Origin: Octopus bimaculoides
Taxonomy: Eukaryota
Length of the DNA stretch: 63,946 bases
Assembly: GCF_001194135.2 (NCBI RefSeq)
Contig: NC_068986.1
Span: forward strand, 105,825,730-105,889,675
Reading direction: 5' to 3'
The notes beneath the pieces were generated by a model, which saw nothing but the letters and a program-made list of their open reading frames with translations, was not told the DNA's origin and searched no databases. This document shows positions 1 through 12,767 of this stretch, piece by piece. Within the stretch, counting starts at the first letter, position 1; every line of letters begins with the position of its first letter. The translations under genes were made by a program, and so were the position numbers.

Positions 1-442
1 CGTAAAGACAGACGAAATACCTATTTCTTTATTGCCCACAAGGGGCTAAACATAGAGGGAACAAACAAGAACAGACGAACGGATTAAGTCGATTACATCG
101 ACCCCAGTGCGTAGCTGGTACTTGATTTATCGACCTCGAAAGGATGAAAGGCAAAGTCGACCTCGGAGGAATTTGAACTCAGAACGTAACGGCAGACGAA
201 ATACCGCTAAGCATTTCGCCCAGCGTGCTAACGTTTCTTATTTCTTTATTGCTCACAAGGGGCTAAACATGGAGGGGACAGACAAAGACAGACAAAGGAA
301 TTAAGTCGACTACTTAATTTATCGACCGACCCAAAAGGATGAAAAGTCGACCTCGGCGAAATTTGAACTCGGAACGTAACGGCAGACGAAATACTGCTAA
401 GCATTTTACCCCGCGGGGTAACTATTCTGCCAACTCGCCGCC
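1..442 (-). mobile_element. tRNA-headed SINE family A (head ggcggcgagctggcagaa), three head-to-tail copies
   Basis: The block gaggtcgactttgcctttcatcctttcggggtcgataaattaagtaccag and the tail gccccttgtgggcaataaagaaata recur here and in many other copies in the window. Confidence 0.85.
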
Positions 443-1336
443 TTAATTTTAAGACAAATATTGCGGGTTGTGGGTTATAGGTGTAGACATAGATGTGTTG
501 TTAAGTAGTTCGCTTTGCAATCATGTAGCTTTGAGTTCAGTCCCACTTCGCGACACCTTCGGCAAGAAACTTCAGCAGTAACCCCGGGCCGTCTAAAGCC
601 TTCAGTGCTTTGTGAGTGAATTCATATCTTTTACTTGTTACAGCCATTGAACTGCGGCCATGCTGGGGCACCTGCTTGGAGAGTTTAGTCGAACAAACCG
701 ACAAAAGAGAAGACGAGATCGAGTAGGAGGTGAAAAAAGATGGAAGTGGGAGTGAGCACGGTATGAAAAGGAGCAATAGGGGACCCCCCCCCCCGAGAGG
801 AAGTAAAAACGAATAAAATGAATGAGATACAAAAGGACAAAGAAAACATGATGGATGGATTGATGGAAAGAAGAAAGATGGAATAAGAGTCCATGACATG
901 TTCCGTCGGTTACTTTTTCCACACCGCTAGGTTGCAAAGGTACTTTTTGGTTATCTCACCCTCATTAAAAAATTGTGTTGAAGTATTGAATCAAAAGGAT
1001 CTAACTCTTTTAATCCAATCTCTTGTCACCACAAAAACTCATTTTTTTAGTGGGGAGATAACCCAATATTTTAATGGCAATTTTTTTAATGGGGGTGAGA
1101 TATCCAAAAAGTACCGTTGCAAACACGTAACCAAATCGATACTGATAGTTAAGCAATGTGGGCGGAACAAACAACACAACCACAAAGACACATACGCCCG
1201 CGCGCACGCACACACATGCACGCATGCACACATACATACATACATACATACATACATACAAGCACATCCCAAGTCGTTCAGTGGGATTGATCGAGGAACC
1301 ACGAGTTTGCAAGCAAACTTCTGAATTGCACAATAC

Positions 1337-1367
<31 letters not shown>

Positions 1368-1862
1368 CTTTGTGTTAATATTTATCGTTCAACCGCTTCA
1401 CAGCCGATGCTGGTTTAATTGTGTCTCCCGTATTTTAGCAGTTCGGTAAAGGAAGACGAGAGAATATGTGCCAGGTTTAAAATTAAGTACTAGAATTGAT
1501 TTACTCCACAAACTCTACAATGTGATCCTCCAGCATGGCCGCAGTACAATGGCGTTAACAAATAAAGGAGTAAAAAAAAACGTCATCAAAGGTCTCAGGC
1601 TAAACAAATAAGGGAGACAACTCTGAACTTCTCTTGTTCTGAATCTTGAAATATTTCATAACAATCAAACTCACTTGTTTTGTGCAGTCAACGCTTATTT
1701 ATATTGGAATTATTTTAGTTTGAAGGATAAATTTATGATTAGATTTCTTCATTATTTCGGCGATCTTTCGTTTTAGATACATATATCTATAGGAGTGACA
1801 ATATTTTCGGAGCTGGTTTATTTTTCTGGTAATCTTTTCTATAAAGATTATTCACAACCTCG

Positions 1863-2188
1863 TGGTACTCTGTCTGTTACGATAATGAGGGTTCCAGTTG
1901 ATCCGATCAACGGAACAGCCTGCTCGTGAAATTAACGTGCAAGTGGCTGAGTACTCCACAGACACGCGTACCTTTAACGTAGTTTTCGGGGAGATTCAGC
2001 GTGACACAGTGTGACAAGGCTGGCCCTTTGAATTACAGGTACAACAGAAACAGGAAGTAAGAGTGAGAGAAAGTTGTGGTGAAAGAGTACAGCAGGGTTC
2101 GCCACCATACCCTGCCAGAACCTTGTGGAGCTTTAGGTGTTTTCGCTCAATAAACACACGCAACGCCCGGTCGGGGAATCGAAACCTC
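1863..2188 (-). mobile_element. tRNA-headed SINE family C
   Basis: Reverse complement of the copies at 16177-16554 and 37797-38171. Confidence 0.85.
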
Positions 2189-2339
2189 GTTTTTTATGAG
2201 GATTTTTTTTTTAAACTTTTTTTCTAGAAACCAGGATGTGATCAGCTTTCAAGGAAGACTTTACTGCTATTTCTAATAAGTCAAGCCAACTTGTAGAGTT
2301 TCTTACGTTGATTTATTTAGTCCCACGTTGTTGGTGCTG

Positions 2340-2430
2340 TTGCGGCTGCTGCTGCTGCTGTTTTTGTTGTTGTTGTTTTTGTTGTTGCTGTTGTTGTTGT
2401 TGTTGATGATGATGATGATGATGATGATAT
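2340..2430. repeat. Compound (GCT)n/(GTT)n/(GAT)n microsatellite
   Basis: Directly visible. Confidence 0.9.
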
Positions 2431-2534
2431 TTTTTGCTGTTGAAATTCTAGTGATGGAGCCTTCGAACAAGGTTAGAAACCGGTTCTTTCTCTGTTAGCA
2501 AGAAATCTCGAAAAAAACTGAATAAGGGCATACA

Positions 2535-2815
2535 TATAAGTATGTATGTATAAGTATGTTTGTATGTATTATGTATGTACGTATGTATGTACGCATGTAT
2601 GTATTATGTATGTATGTATGTATGCATGTTTGTATGTATGTATTATGCATGTATGTATGTATGTATTATGTATGTATGTATATGTATGTATGTATATGTA
2701 TGTATGTATATGTATGTATGTATATACGTATATATGTATGTACATGTGTGTAATATACGCAGACACGTACATATATTCATATATATGTGCGTACGTACGT
2801 GTGCATGCGTGTGTG
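2535..2815. repeat. (TATG)n microsatellite region
   Basis: Directly visible; source of several spurious ORFs. Confidence 0.9.
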
Positions 2816-3566
2816 AAGATGCGTGTATTAGTGGTATGCGGTTCACAATAGTGGTATTCAGTTCAATCGTGAGTTCGATTCCTAGCGGTGCATTGTGTCC
2901 TTGAGCAAGACATTTTATTTCACTTTATCAACGCCTACGTGAATATCACTCGACCAATCAGAAGTGGCTGATTTGTTACGGATGAGGTAGCAGGTAAGAA
3001 GAAAGCGAGTTTTCCTGCCCAACGTGTTGGCCGATGATTCTTGAATAATGTTTAACAGCTATAAAAAAAAAAGTCGTAACAAACACTAGCATAGCTAGAG
3101 TGTGTGCAGCCCGAGGCAGCCCTTCCAATTGCCGCACCCGGTCCCCACAAAAACACATATTGCCTACAGCAGACCCAAAAATGCTACCCGGGGCGGACCA
3201 TTCCTACGCCCTCCCTCCAGCTACGCTAGAGCCTACAAATACATTTTCCCCTTACAATCGCAAAACATTCGTGAAGCGTCTCTGTCGCTTGTCTCAAATA
3301 GTTATTCTCTCTCCGATTCATTCATCTTTAATTAACATACTTATGTCGTAGTATTCATTAACATAATATTAATTATATGTAGTGACTAACTTTGCACTAT
3401 TTTCATTACATTACCCAGCAATTTATATACCTGTAGTGGATCTTGCATGCATGAAGTGGATTCGATCCACCACAGCCAAATTTAAATTAACACGGCAACA
3501 GAACGTTTCCCACAGTGGAACAATGGCTTTTCTCTGTTACAGCAATTTTACATTTTCCAGATGCCT

Positions 3567-3690
3567 TTAGCTAGGCCGAAATAATGTCTTCACCACTTGA
3601 TCCTTTCTAACCTCTTCTACTTCACCAAAAGCTGGAATAGAGATAACAAGACCACCAACTAAATCTATTGTTCTCAATGATATGTCTATC
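3567..3690 (-). CDS. Candidate terminal exon of the same unidentified gene (IDISLRTIDLVGGLVISIPAFGEVEEVRKDQVVKTLFRPS*)
   Basis: tattttgaag acceptor; phase-compatible with 4824-4919; 40 stop-free codons. No recognised homology. Confidence 0.25.
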
Positions 3691-4823
3691 CTTCAAAATA
3701 GTTATAAAAGCATAAACCCCAAGCAAAAAGTTAGTTAGTCACCAATCAGTGACGACTCAACGAGTTGTCACATACCGAAGATTCTTAACCGTTATATTCA
3801 CTGAACGTTGATCCATTAATCTATTAAATATATATAATTGTAATTATAACGACGCAGGTTAATATGATACTCAGAGGCTCAAACTTTAACGCGATCATTG
3901 TCTACACACGCATCCTACCTCACATTGTGAAGAGCCTAAGAAAAATATATGACTGACTACCACAGTAACATAGGATTAATCATAACCAAAGCCCGAAGGA
4001 AGACAGTTTATTGTTAGTCACAAATCCTGTTAAAGATTATTTCTTTTCATTCAAGTATCGCACATGAATGGAGAACATCTGTCGTGTGGGTAGTGATAAA
4101 TATTGTGTAAATAGGGGTCTCCGAGAGAAGCGTTAATCCAACTTAATGTGTACATCCATTTTTAATCATCTCACGTAGTAGATTACATTAGTTGGATATT
4201 CACGTCTGTAACTAGAGTTAACAGTGCCCAGTAAATAAATAAATGACGAGCATAAAGCCAGTGTTTATTACAATTTTAATTTAGGAAGCAACTAGATCAC
4301 GGAAATATTTTAGAATAGTTTTCTTTTTGTTTTATTTTTTTCTCTCTTCTATTCAGGTTTATACCTGTATTTTTTTTCTTCTATTCAGATATGGCTCAGA
4401 CCATTCAAATAATTTCAGTTGACTTCTTTACGGCGTTGCTTCCTGTTTTCATTGCTGTATGTAGCTCTAAGTTATAGTGTTGCGCCTCACTTGAAATCTG
4501 AAAGAGAATCTGAGATTATTTAGCATAGCCTTAACGGGAACCTCTGTTACCCTTTATTTCTGTATTAGTATTGCTTCCTTGATGTTGGCCAACATCACTT
4601 CTACGAACAAGGACGGACAAACATAAAAGGGGTGAAGTAGCTGTATCGATTAAATATTTACAATTTTTAAATATACAATAATAATTTGATTATATTTACA
4701 ATGTTCGATTAAAGCATTGCTCATTACAGATGCAATTTGTAATGGCTTTCCTGAAGGATAGGCATCCGACCACCAGGGTAGACCCCTTGCTTTTTCTCTC
4801 CCTTGTTTTTGGCTTCCACTTAC

Positions 4824-4919
4824 CTGGTGCCAAACACTCCCAGCTTCCTCGCCACAGGTTTCCATCTTCTCATGAATCTGTCTCGTGACAGGTACCTCTT
4901 CTCCAACCTGATCTTACTA
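4824..4919 (-). CDS. Candidate exon of an unidentified minus-strand gene (SKIRLEKRYLSRDRFMRRWKPVARKLGVFGT)
   Basis: T-rich tract plus cctcag acceptor, perfect gtaagt donor, open frame. The product is not recognised. Confidence 0.35.
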
Positions 4920-5541
4920 CTGAGGTGGTAACAAAAAAAGTTAACTAACCCCTGGCCAGATACAAAGGTATCCGTCACTTACCACAGACTCACTCCTGAC
5001 TTATATAAAATTATAGTGCAATATATAAATTCATGGAATTTTGTGGCAATCACAGAAAGCTCTTCTCGTAGACCCGGCTATTATACCACAAAGTAAACCA
5101 ATAAGGACGAGTACAATTATAGAGTCCTCTGCAGCTGAAATCCTAGAGATCCAATCTAAGAAATTATTTCATGACCAGTATATAAACTATAAAATACAAA
5201 ATCAAGAAGTATGAGAAGTGAATATATTTATTTAACCATTTGATATACGTAGGATTACGGCTGTTTCGTAGCTTTCATCGTGTAATAATAATTTCAGTGT
5301 ATAATAAATCATTTGCATGCTCCACACTGCACAGAACAATTGTACAATTACAAATCAATGCAGATATAGAAGACTAGCTCTTCAGATCTTCAGAACATCT
5401 TGGTTACACCAATGCTTCAACTCTGCGTATACATCCACGAAACTGTAAGTCATATGGAGCTAAGTCAAACTTTTTTTTTTCAAAATATGCAACTCCTTCC
5501 AAATGTGTTGAATACTACTTTCGTTCGTTCACTCATACATA

Positions 5542-5760
5542 CAGTAATCTCTTGACATATCGCGGTTCACTCATCGCGGTTTATTATTTAAGCTTACGTC
5601 GATAGCTCCGTGGTGTTGTTTTGCGTTTATTATAAAATAAATATATACAAATTACCAAAATAATAATAAGAAAATATACAGTACAGCACTGTTTCTACTT
5701 CGCGGATTTTCACATATCGCGGGGGATTTTGGAACACTCGCGATAGTCGAGGGATTACTG
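5542..5760. mobile_element. Tigger/pogo-like MITE
   Basis: Terminal inverted repeats cagtaatctcttgacatatcgcg ... cgcgatagtcgagggattactg; TA on the left flank. Confidence 0.7.
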
Positions 5761-8199
5761 TTCATATACCTATGTAAATACACACACACATACATAAATA
5801 CATACACACACATACATACATAATACATTCATACATACATACATGTGTGCGTGCGTTCGTGTTTCAAGTATCTTGATAAGACTTAAATATCGCCGACTTT
5901 TCTTTGATTGAATTTTAACAACTTTATTGTCACTCCTACTGTTAGATATCGAGTAATCAGCTTTACTAAATCCTTCCATTCTCACCTCGTTATATTTGAT
6001 AAAATCTATATAAATTCAATAGTTACAGTGCGAAAACTTGCAACAGAATGGAATATACCAAATGTACCAAAGTGACAGCTTTTAGCATAACCCGCGCTGT
6101 ATCACATGGCCGACTGATTTAAAACTTAGCTTCGTAAACATTATGTCTTTGGTTCGATCCAATTGTGTGGCATCATAGACAAGTATCTTTCAATCATAGC
6201 TTCGAGTTGAGCCCATGCCTTGTCAACGGATAGATGGATGAAAACTTGGGCAAAGCCAATCGGATGGACTCTGTAATTCGAAAGGTACAACAATATCACA
6301 TTGAATAACGCCGATTCTACCGGATTATTATTTAATAGTTGTCCGCTTAAAATCTAATTCAGTGAATAAATAATGATTGTGACCGAATAACTGAGTAACT
6401 ATCGTTGAAACCAATGAATATCCATTTACTTATTCAGCTAAAATTAAACAGAATAAAATAAGATAATATATTAAAAGAATTTAACATTAAACTGAAAGAC
6501 CACTCAGTACTTTTTAAAAAGAAAATAGTATACAAGTTCATTAATTTTTGTAAAAAAAAAAACAAAAAAAAACATAGGCTGACAGTCAAATGACGGCGAG
6601 CAAGCCGAAACTTCGAAGTCACTATCAACTTTTTCCGTGTAAAACTTAACATATATATATATAAAACATATATAAAACACAGATATATACACATAACTAT
6701 ACAAGTATACACACATGTGTGTCTGTGTGAGCGTGTGTGTGCGTGCGCGTGAACACACACACATATACACACATACGCGCACTCATACACACACACATAC
6801 ACACACACACATACACACACAAACACACGCACACACTTACAGAGTCTTAATTGAGAGAAGTTTGTTTACTTTTTAACACACCATCTTCCGCACCACTTTT
6901 CATTCACTCAAACCGTTTTATATCTTCATCATAAGACCATGTATATATATCACTTTCCCCTCATATATTCCAATTAAAACCTCAAATCCCTTCTACTTTA
7001 TCCCAGAAACTACTAAGAACAATTTAAATTAGCCCTTATAATTTTCCTGGTAATACTCTAATTATTTTTTCTTAATGTAATTCGTCTGAGGTCCCTTTAA
7101 ATGCTTCGCTCATCCAATCCAGCCGTGCCGTGTCTTTTGTGTCAATTTCAACCATCATGGCGTCTACCATACTGTTTCATATCATGTTTAAGTAAGTACC
7201 CCGTTTGTACACTTTAATATATTATACGGTTATCTTGCATTAATATATCAATTTTTTTATATTATCATGCATTTCAAACGGATAAATTACAATCAATTTA
7301 GCTGTCGGATCATCACCATAAATAAACTATGCTAATTATGACAGCTTTAGATCATCCGGTGTCTGTCCTCGTGGTGTCGTAAACACCTCTTAGAATCGAA
7401 ACTTACTCTTAAAAGACTCTTCTCCTCTCTCCTGCAATAAATCTTTTCTATTTTCTATCTAACGATCAATATTAATTAATTATCTATTAACCACAAGGCC
7501 CTATTTTTAACCCTTTTCCCCTCACACCAGTCTAGCACTGGTATTTATTTCATCCACCACAAACTCCCTGGAACAGTGAAACCCTAACTTCAAACGAACC
7601 CCTTCGGGGTTTTAACCCAGAAATTAAAGTATCCCTAGTTATTTTATTTATTATTATTATTATTGTTATTATATATATATATATTTTGCTCTCAAATACT
7701 CCAAATTCGTCCATCCTATCCAATATTTTAAATGTCTTAGAACAGGTTGTCAAAGTACTGGACTAAATATTTATCAATATTTTATTATCTCGTCTCCCTT
7801 TTAAGGGTTTTAATCTCACCAAATTACAATCCCTCTGTTAGTAAATAGAATGAATATCAGTATGATTGATACCGGTGAATATTTACCCGATTTTATACTC
7901 GTTTCATACAATAATTGGCCTTCTGCCTACTTAAAAGAAACTAATATTGAAAACACGTGTTTGGTAGAAACATCAAAAATTCCTGCCTCTTTATTTTAAT
8001 TTAATTTAGTTCTATTATTAAATATATATAAGGTATTTATGTTCGATTACTGGCAGTATATAGCTTATTTGTAGGTTTCGGTCAATTCTTGATGAATTCG
8101 AAGAAATGAACTCCTTTATTTGGGGTTTTTATAAATAAAAATTCCAGATTTAGTGATTTGTGTAGTAAAATCTCCAAGCAAAATATAAGATAGTTTGTA

Positions 8200-8271
8200 A
8201 TATGTGTGTGTGTGTGTATACACACATGCAGGGAATGTAGTTATAATTACAAATATACGTACATATATACC

Positions 8272-8354
<83 letters not shown>

Positions 8355-8500
8355 GGGTGTGTGTATATATATATATATATATATATGGGTGTGTGTATAT
8401 ATATATACATATATATATGGGTGGGTGTGTGTATATATATATGGGTGCGCGCGTTTGTGTGTTTATATATGTGGGTGTGCGCGTATGTATGTGTGTGTGT
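8200..8500. repeat. (TA)n/(TG)n compound microsatellite
   Basis: Directly visible. Confidence 0.9.
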
Positions 8501-9849
8501 GAATATACCTGCGTGTTCACTCACCTGTCTTCATCTTTTGTTTGCTGTAAATTTGAACTGATATATAACAGATATATATATCCAAGTTCCGCTTGGTCTC
8601 TTGGTCAAACATTCTTACGTTATTAATGGTGCCCGAACTGAAATTACTCGCTCCCAACAATTATTACATCTTGGGAAATAAAAGCAACATAATTGATCAC
8701 CGACAGAATGCTGTTATTATCATCGTCATGGAAACACCAGATCCTGCTTCCATTTCGTCTCGCACCTCAATTAATCAATGTCCAGACCTTGTTTACATTA
8801 TCAACTTCACTACTGGCAGAAGACTCCCCTCTTTCAGCACTGTCCTGCACGCACATCATTCCTTATTAATTATTTCGTATGACAGCAATCTTATATTTTT
8901 TCCTCATCATTACTGTTTTTCTTTCCCAATTTCATCTGGGACCCTTCGTGCAATAATTTTTTTCATTATTCTAGCATTGGATGCATTTTACGTATTGATT
9001 GAAAACTATTTAAGGTAGCTATTTGCTTAGTATTTAAACTTGATCATTTAGTAAAATATCGCGTGCGACTACAGCTTATTTCAATAAACCTGAAACGACA
9101 CGATGTATAAATAATGTCGAGCTATGTTAATTTTGAACAGTACTATTATCAATACTCATTAAACCACAAGCCCTAACGAAGTTGAGGAGACTTCACTTTA
9201 TTAATACCGATCCACCCGAAACCGCCTCTGGTTCTATGATATAAACGCAATGTTTAGTCATCTAAATTTAAACCTTCCACCAAAATATGAGTATTTGTGT
9301 TCCAAACATCAACTTAATAATCCTTTTTACGATAGGCACAAGGCCTGAAATTAAGAGGAGGGAGTAGTCGATTGCATTGACCCCAGTACTCTAGCAGCCT
9401 CGGTGGAATTTGAACTCAAAAAGTAGCGGACACCAGCTTAATAGTGACAGATATTTTACTAAAGTTTTCATTATTTTCAAAACTAATCGAAATAAAGGCT
9501 GTGTTTTTCAACAGAAATATTCTAACAAAAGGTTTGTTTGACATCATAATCATTGTTTTAACGTCCATTTTTGCCCCATGCTTGCATGGATCAGACGGAG
9601 TTCATAGAAGCAGGTTTTCTAGTTGAATGCCCTTCATATAATTAACCCTCTCCTGTTTCTATCAAGTTGATGTTTGTCCATGGCTGGACATGTTTCTATA
9701 CGATAGTGATGCTCATTTACAACTATCGTAATCTTTTTTTATATATATTCAGGCTTATTCCCCATTTTTGGACAGTGGATGTTAAATGATGGGGTAGTCA
9801 CAAGACACACCTGACATTCCATTAATTTCCGAGCCCCGTCCTATGCTCA

Positions 9850-10260
9850 GGTCAAGGCATAGAACGCAACCCCCAATATCACCAGCAGGGCCCGACACCA
9901 TATGCTGGTTTACCCCCGCCGCATCCTGCTGGTTCCATACCCCTTTGAGCAACCTTGATTCTCTCATCCATCCACAAACACTCTCCAAGCTTTCCTATCA
10001 TTTATAAACTCCCTTGCCTCTCTCTCACTCCAACATCTCTAACCACCACCAAAGCTTTCCTCACTCTATCCATCCACACAAACCGAGGCCTGCCTCTGGA
10101 TCTGCTGCCTACCACTTCTACCTTCACCACCCTTCTTACCATCTGCTCCTCATCCATCGTCTCCATGTGGCCAAACCACCTCAACATTCCTCTAGCCATT
10201 CTGGTACATAGATTTTCTCTCATTCCTGCTGGGAATTCCTGAGACAGCTTGCTGAGTGCC
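9850..10260 (-). mobile_element. RTE-clade LINE 3' fragment, a different family from the adjacent + strand copy
   Basis: Translation LRWFGHM..MDEEQMVRRV..VEVVGSRSRGRPRFVWMDRV is a typical RTE ORF2 C-terminus. Confidence 0.75.
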
Positions 10261-10271
10261 ACGGACCAAAT

Positions 10272-12180
10272 CTGTGGTTGGTACATTAGAGCAAAGAAAC
10301 AGGCCTAGAAGGCCTGGAAAAGTGGGGGTAGCAGGAGACTGAATCAGATAGGCAAAAGGGAAGCTAGGAGACAGGTATATATAGCCAAGGGAGTAGCAGA
10401 AGTTTACTAATGCTCAATGACATGAGGACCAAAGAACTGAAGTATTTTGGATTGTAAGACAGTATGTGAGAGAAAACAGTGATGTCATAGAGAAATGTGT
10501 CCGCATGGATGATGGTATGGTGCCCTTGCGTTTAATGATTCTGCAAAGAAAGAGGCTTGGAGATGCCATTATGAAAGATTACTGAATGTGGAGAATGAAT
10601 GGGAGGAGGAGAGTCTGCCAAAGGTTGACCCAATTGAGGGACCAGCTACCCGAATCGACAGTACCCTGGTAGATAAAGCAATTAACGATATGAAGACAAG
10701 AAAAGCACCTGACCCATCAGGAATCACTGCTGAGATGCTTAAAATATTGTGTGGTGTGGGTTATGGTCTTGTCACTCACATCTTAAATCTGGTAGTTCAC
10801 GAAGGAATCATACCCAATGACTGGTGTAGCAGCACCATAGTCAACTGTTATAAAGGTAATGGTGATGCTTTAGACAGAAATAACTACAGGGTATCAAATT
10901 ATTGGATCAGGTGATGAAAGTTACAGAGAGGGTCATAACCTAACTAATTAGGGAGAGAGTTAGCCTAGATGAGATGCAGTTTGGTTTTGTGCCAGGGAAA
11001 AGCACCACTGATGCTATATTTCTGGTCAGGCAACTGCAGGAGAAATATCTAGCCAAAGATAAACCTCTGTACTTGGCTTTTGTTGACTTGGAGAAAGCCT
11101 TTGACAGGGTCCCCCAATCCCTTATCTGGTGGTCAGTGCGGAAACTGGGGATAGACGAGTGGTTGGTAAGAGGTGTACAAGCCCTGTGCAAGGATGCAGT
11201 CAGTAAGTATAGTGAAGAATTTTGGGTAGAAGTAGGGGTTCACCAAGGATCAGTTCTCATCCTCCTTCTTATTCATTATAGTCCACCAGACAATAACAGG
11301 AACTCAAGACAGGCTGTTAGCTCCTCTATGCTGATGAACTTGCTCTAATAACCAAGTCACTGCCAGAACTAGAGATGAAGTTTAAGGTGTGGAAGCAAGG
11401 TCTAGAATCGAAGGGCCTTAGGGTTAACCTAGCAAAAACCAAAGTCTTAGGAAGTAGGAAGGCTACCAAATCACAAACCCCTTCAGGTAGATGGCCCTGC
11501 TTGATCTGTAGAAAAGGCATGGGTTGAAACTTCACACGATGTACCTGGTGTAAGCTATGGACACATAAAAGGTGCAACAATATCAAAGGAAGGTTACCTG
11601 GGAAGATGTTTTTTTTTTTTGTGTGTGTGGCAGATGCACAGGGGCAATAAACACTGAAGAAGTACAGAAAACAGATTTCATCACATGCCAAGGGGAAAAA
11701 CTAGATGTAGTTGATAACTTCTGCTCCCTAGGCGACCAAGTCTGTAGTGGGGGTGGCTGCTCTGAGAGTGTAGTGGCTAGAATAAGAATAGCCTGGGCAA
11801 AGTTTAGAGAGCTCCTACTTCTGCTGGCAACTAAAGGCCTCTCGCTCAGGATGAAAGGTAGAATGTATAATGCATGTGTGTAAACTGCCATGTTACATGG
11901 CAGTGAAGCATGGGCCATGACTGCTTAGGACATGCGTAGGGTTGAAAGAAATTAAGCTAGTATGCTTTGCTGGATGTGTAATGTCAGTGTGCATACACGA
12001 CGACTTGTAAGTGCCCTGAGAGAAAAGTTGGACATAAGAAGCATCAAATGTGGTGTGCAAGAGAGACGACTGTGCTGGTATTGTCGTGTTACGTATGGAT
12101 GAGGTCAACTGTGTGAGGAAGTGCCACACCCTGACTGTGCAAGGAACCTGTGGAAGAGGTAAACCCAGGAAGACATGGGA
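10272..12180 (+). mobile_element. Decayed RTE LINE ORF2 (RT domain, PHD-like insert, C-terminus), with frameshifts and stops
   Basis: KAPDPSGIT, YKGNGDALDRNNYR, QFGFVPGKSTTDAIF..RQLQEKY, AFVDLEKAFDRVP, GVHQGSVL, GLRVNLAKTK, GTCGRGKPRKTW. Confidence 0.92.
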
Positions 12181-12673
12181 GTCAATCGTGTGGGCCTGGC
12201 ATCGATTGCATTTGGATAGTGGTTTTTACGTGTCACCGGCATGGGAGCCAGTCAGTGGGTACTGGCATCGGCCATGTTCGGATGGTACTTTTTATGTACC
12301 ACAGGCATGGGGGCCAGTCAGGCAGTCCTGTTATCGATTGTGTTCGGATAGTGCTTTTTACATGCCACCGGCACAGGAAAGGAATCAGTCAGTGGGGTAC
12401 TGGCATCAGCCATGTTCGGATAGTGCTTTTTACATGCCGATGTATATATATGTTTGTCCCTCTAGCATTGCCTGACAACTGATGTTGGTGTGTTTACATC
12501 CCTGTAACCTAGCAGTTCAGCAAAAAGAGACCCATAGAATAAGTCCTGGGGTTGATTTGTTTCGACTAAAGGCGGTGCTCCAGCATAGCCACAGTCAAAT
12601 GACTGAAACAAATAAAAAGTGTGTGACATTGTTTTGCTTTCAGGATGTGAGTCCACCAAGTTGAAGGTCAGAC

Positions 12674-12767
12674 ATGAGCAGTAAGCGTGGCTATTTAAAT
12701 GTTGACCCCGATTATGAAGATGTGAGCGAGCAGCAAAATAAGAAGCAGCGACTTATAGAGAAGGACG
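12674..12767 (+). CDS. YEATS2: YEATS2 coding exon 1 ([31 protein letters not shown])
   Basis: Acceptor gttttgctttcag ends at 12643, so an upstream non-coding exon must exist. ATG at 12674, donor gtgagt at 12768. DPDYEDVS motif. Confidence 0.9.

Noticed and set aside
107-304. ORFs with [26 protein letters not shown] (also 14324-14737, 53134-53436)
   Set aside because: Recurrent translation of SINE family A, not a gene family.
2546-2904. Overlapping ORFs rich in Y, V, C, M, H, I, T (also 1010-1418, 6434-6832, 8116-8626, 25132-25546, 42488-42776, 63420-63836)
   Set aside because: Translations of (TATG)n, (TA)n, (CA)n and (AG)n microsatellites; no coding signal.
9850-12180. Opposed LINE fragments as a twin-priming 5' inversion of one element
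   Set aside because: Both pieces contain a C-terminal region and differ strongly in sequence, so they are two separate RTE families.
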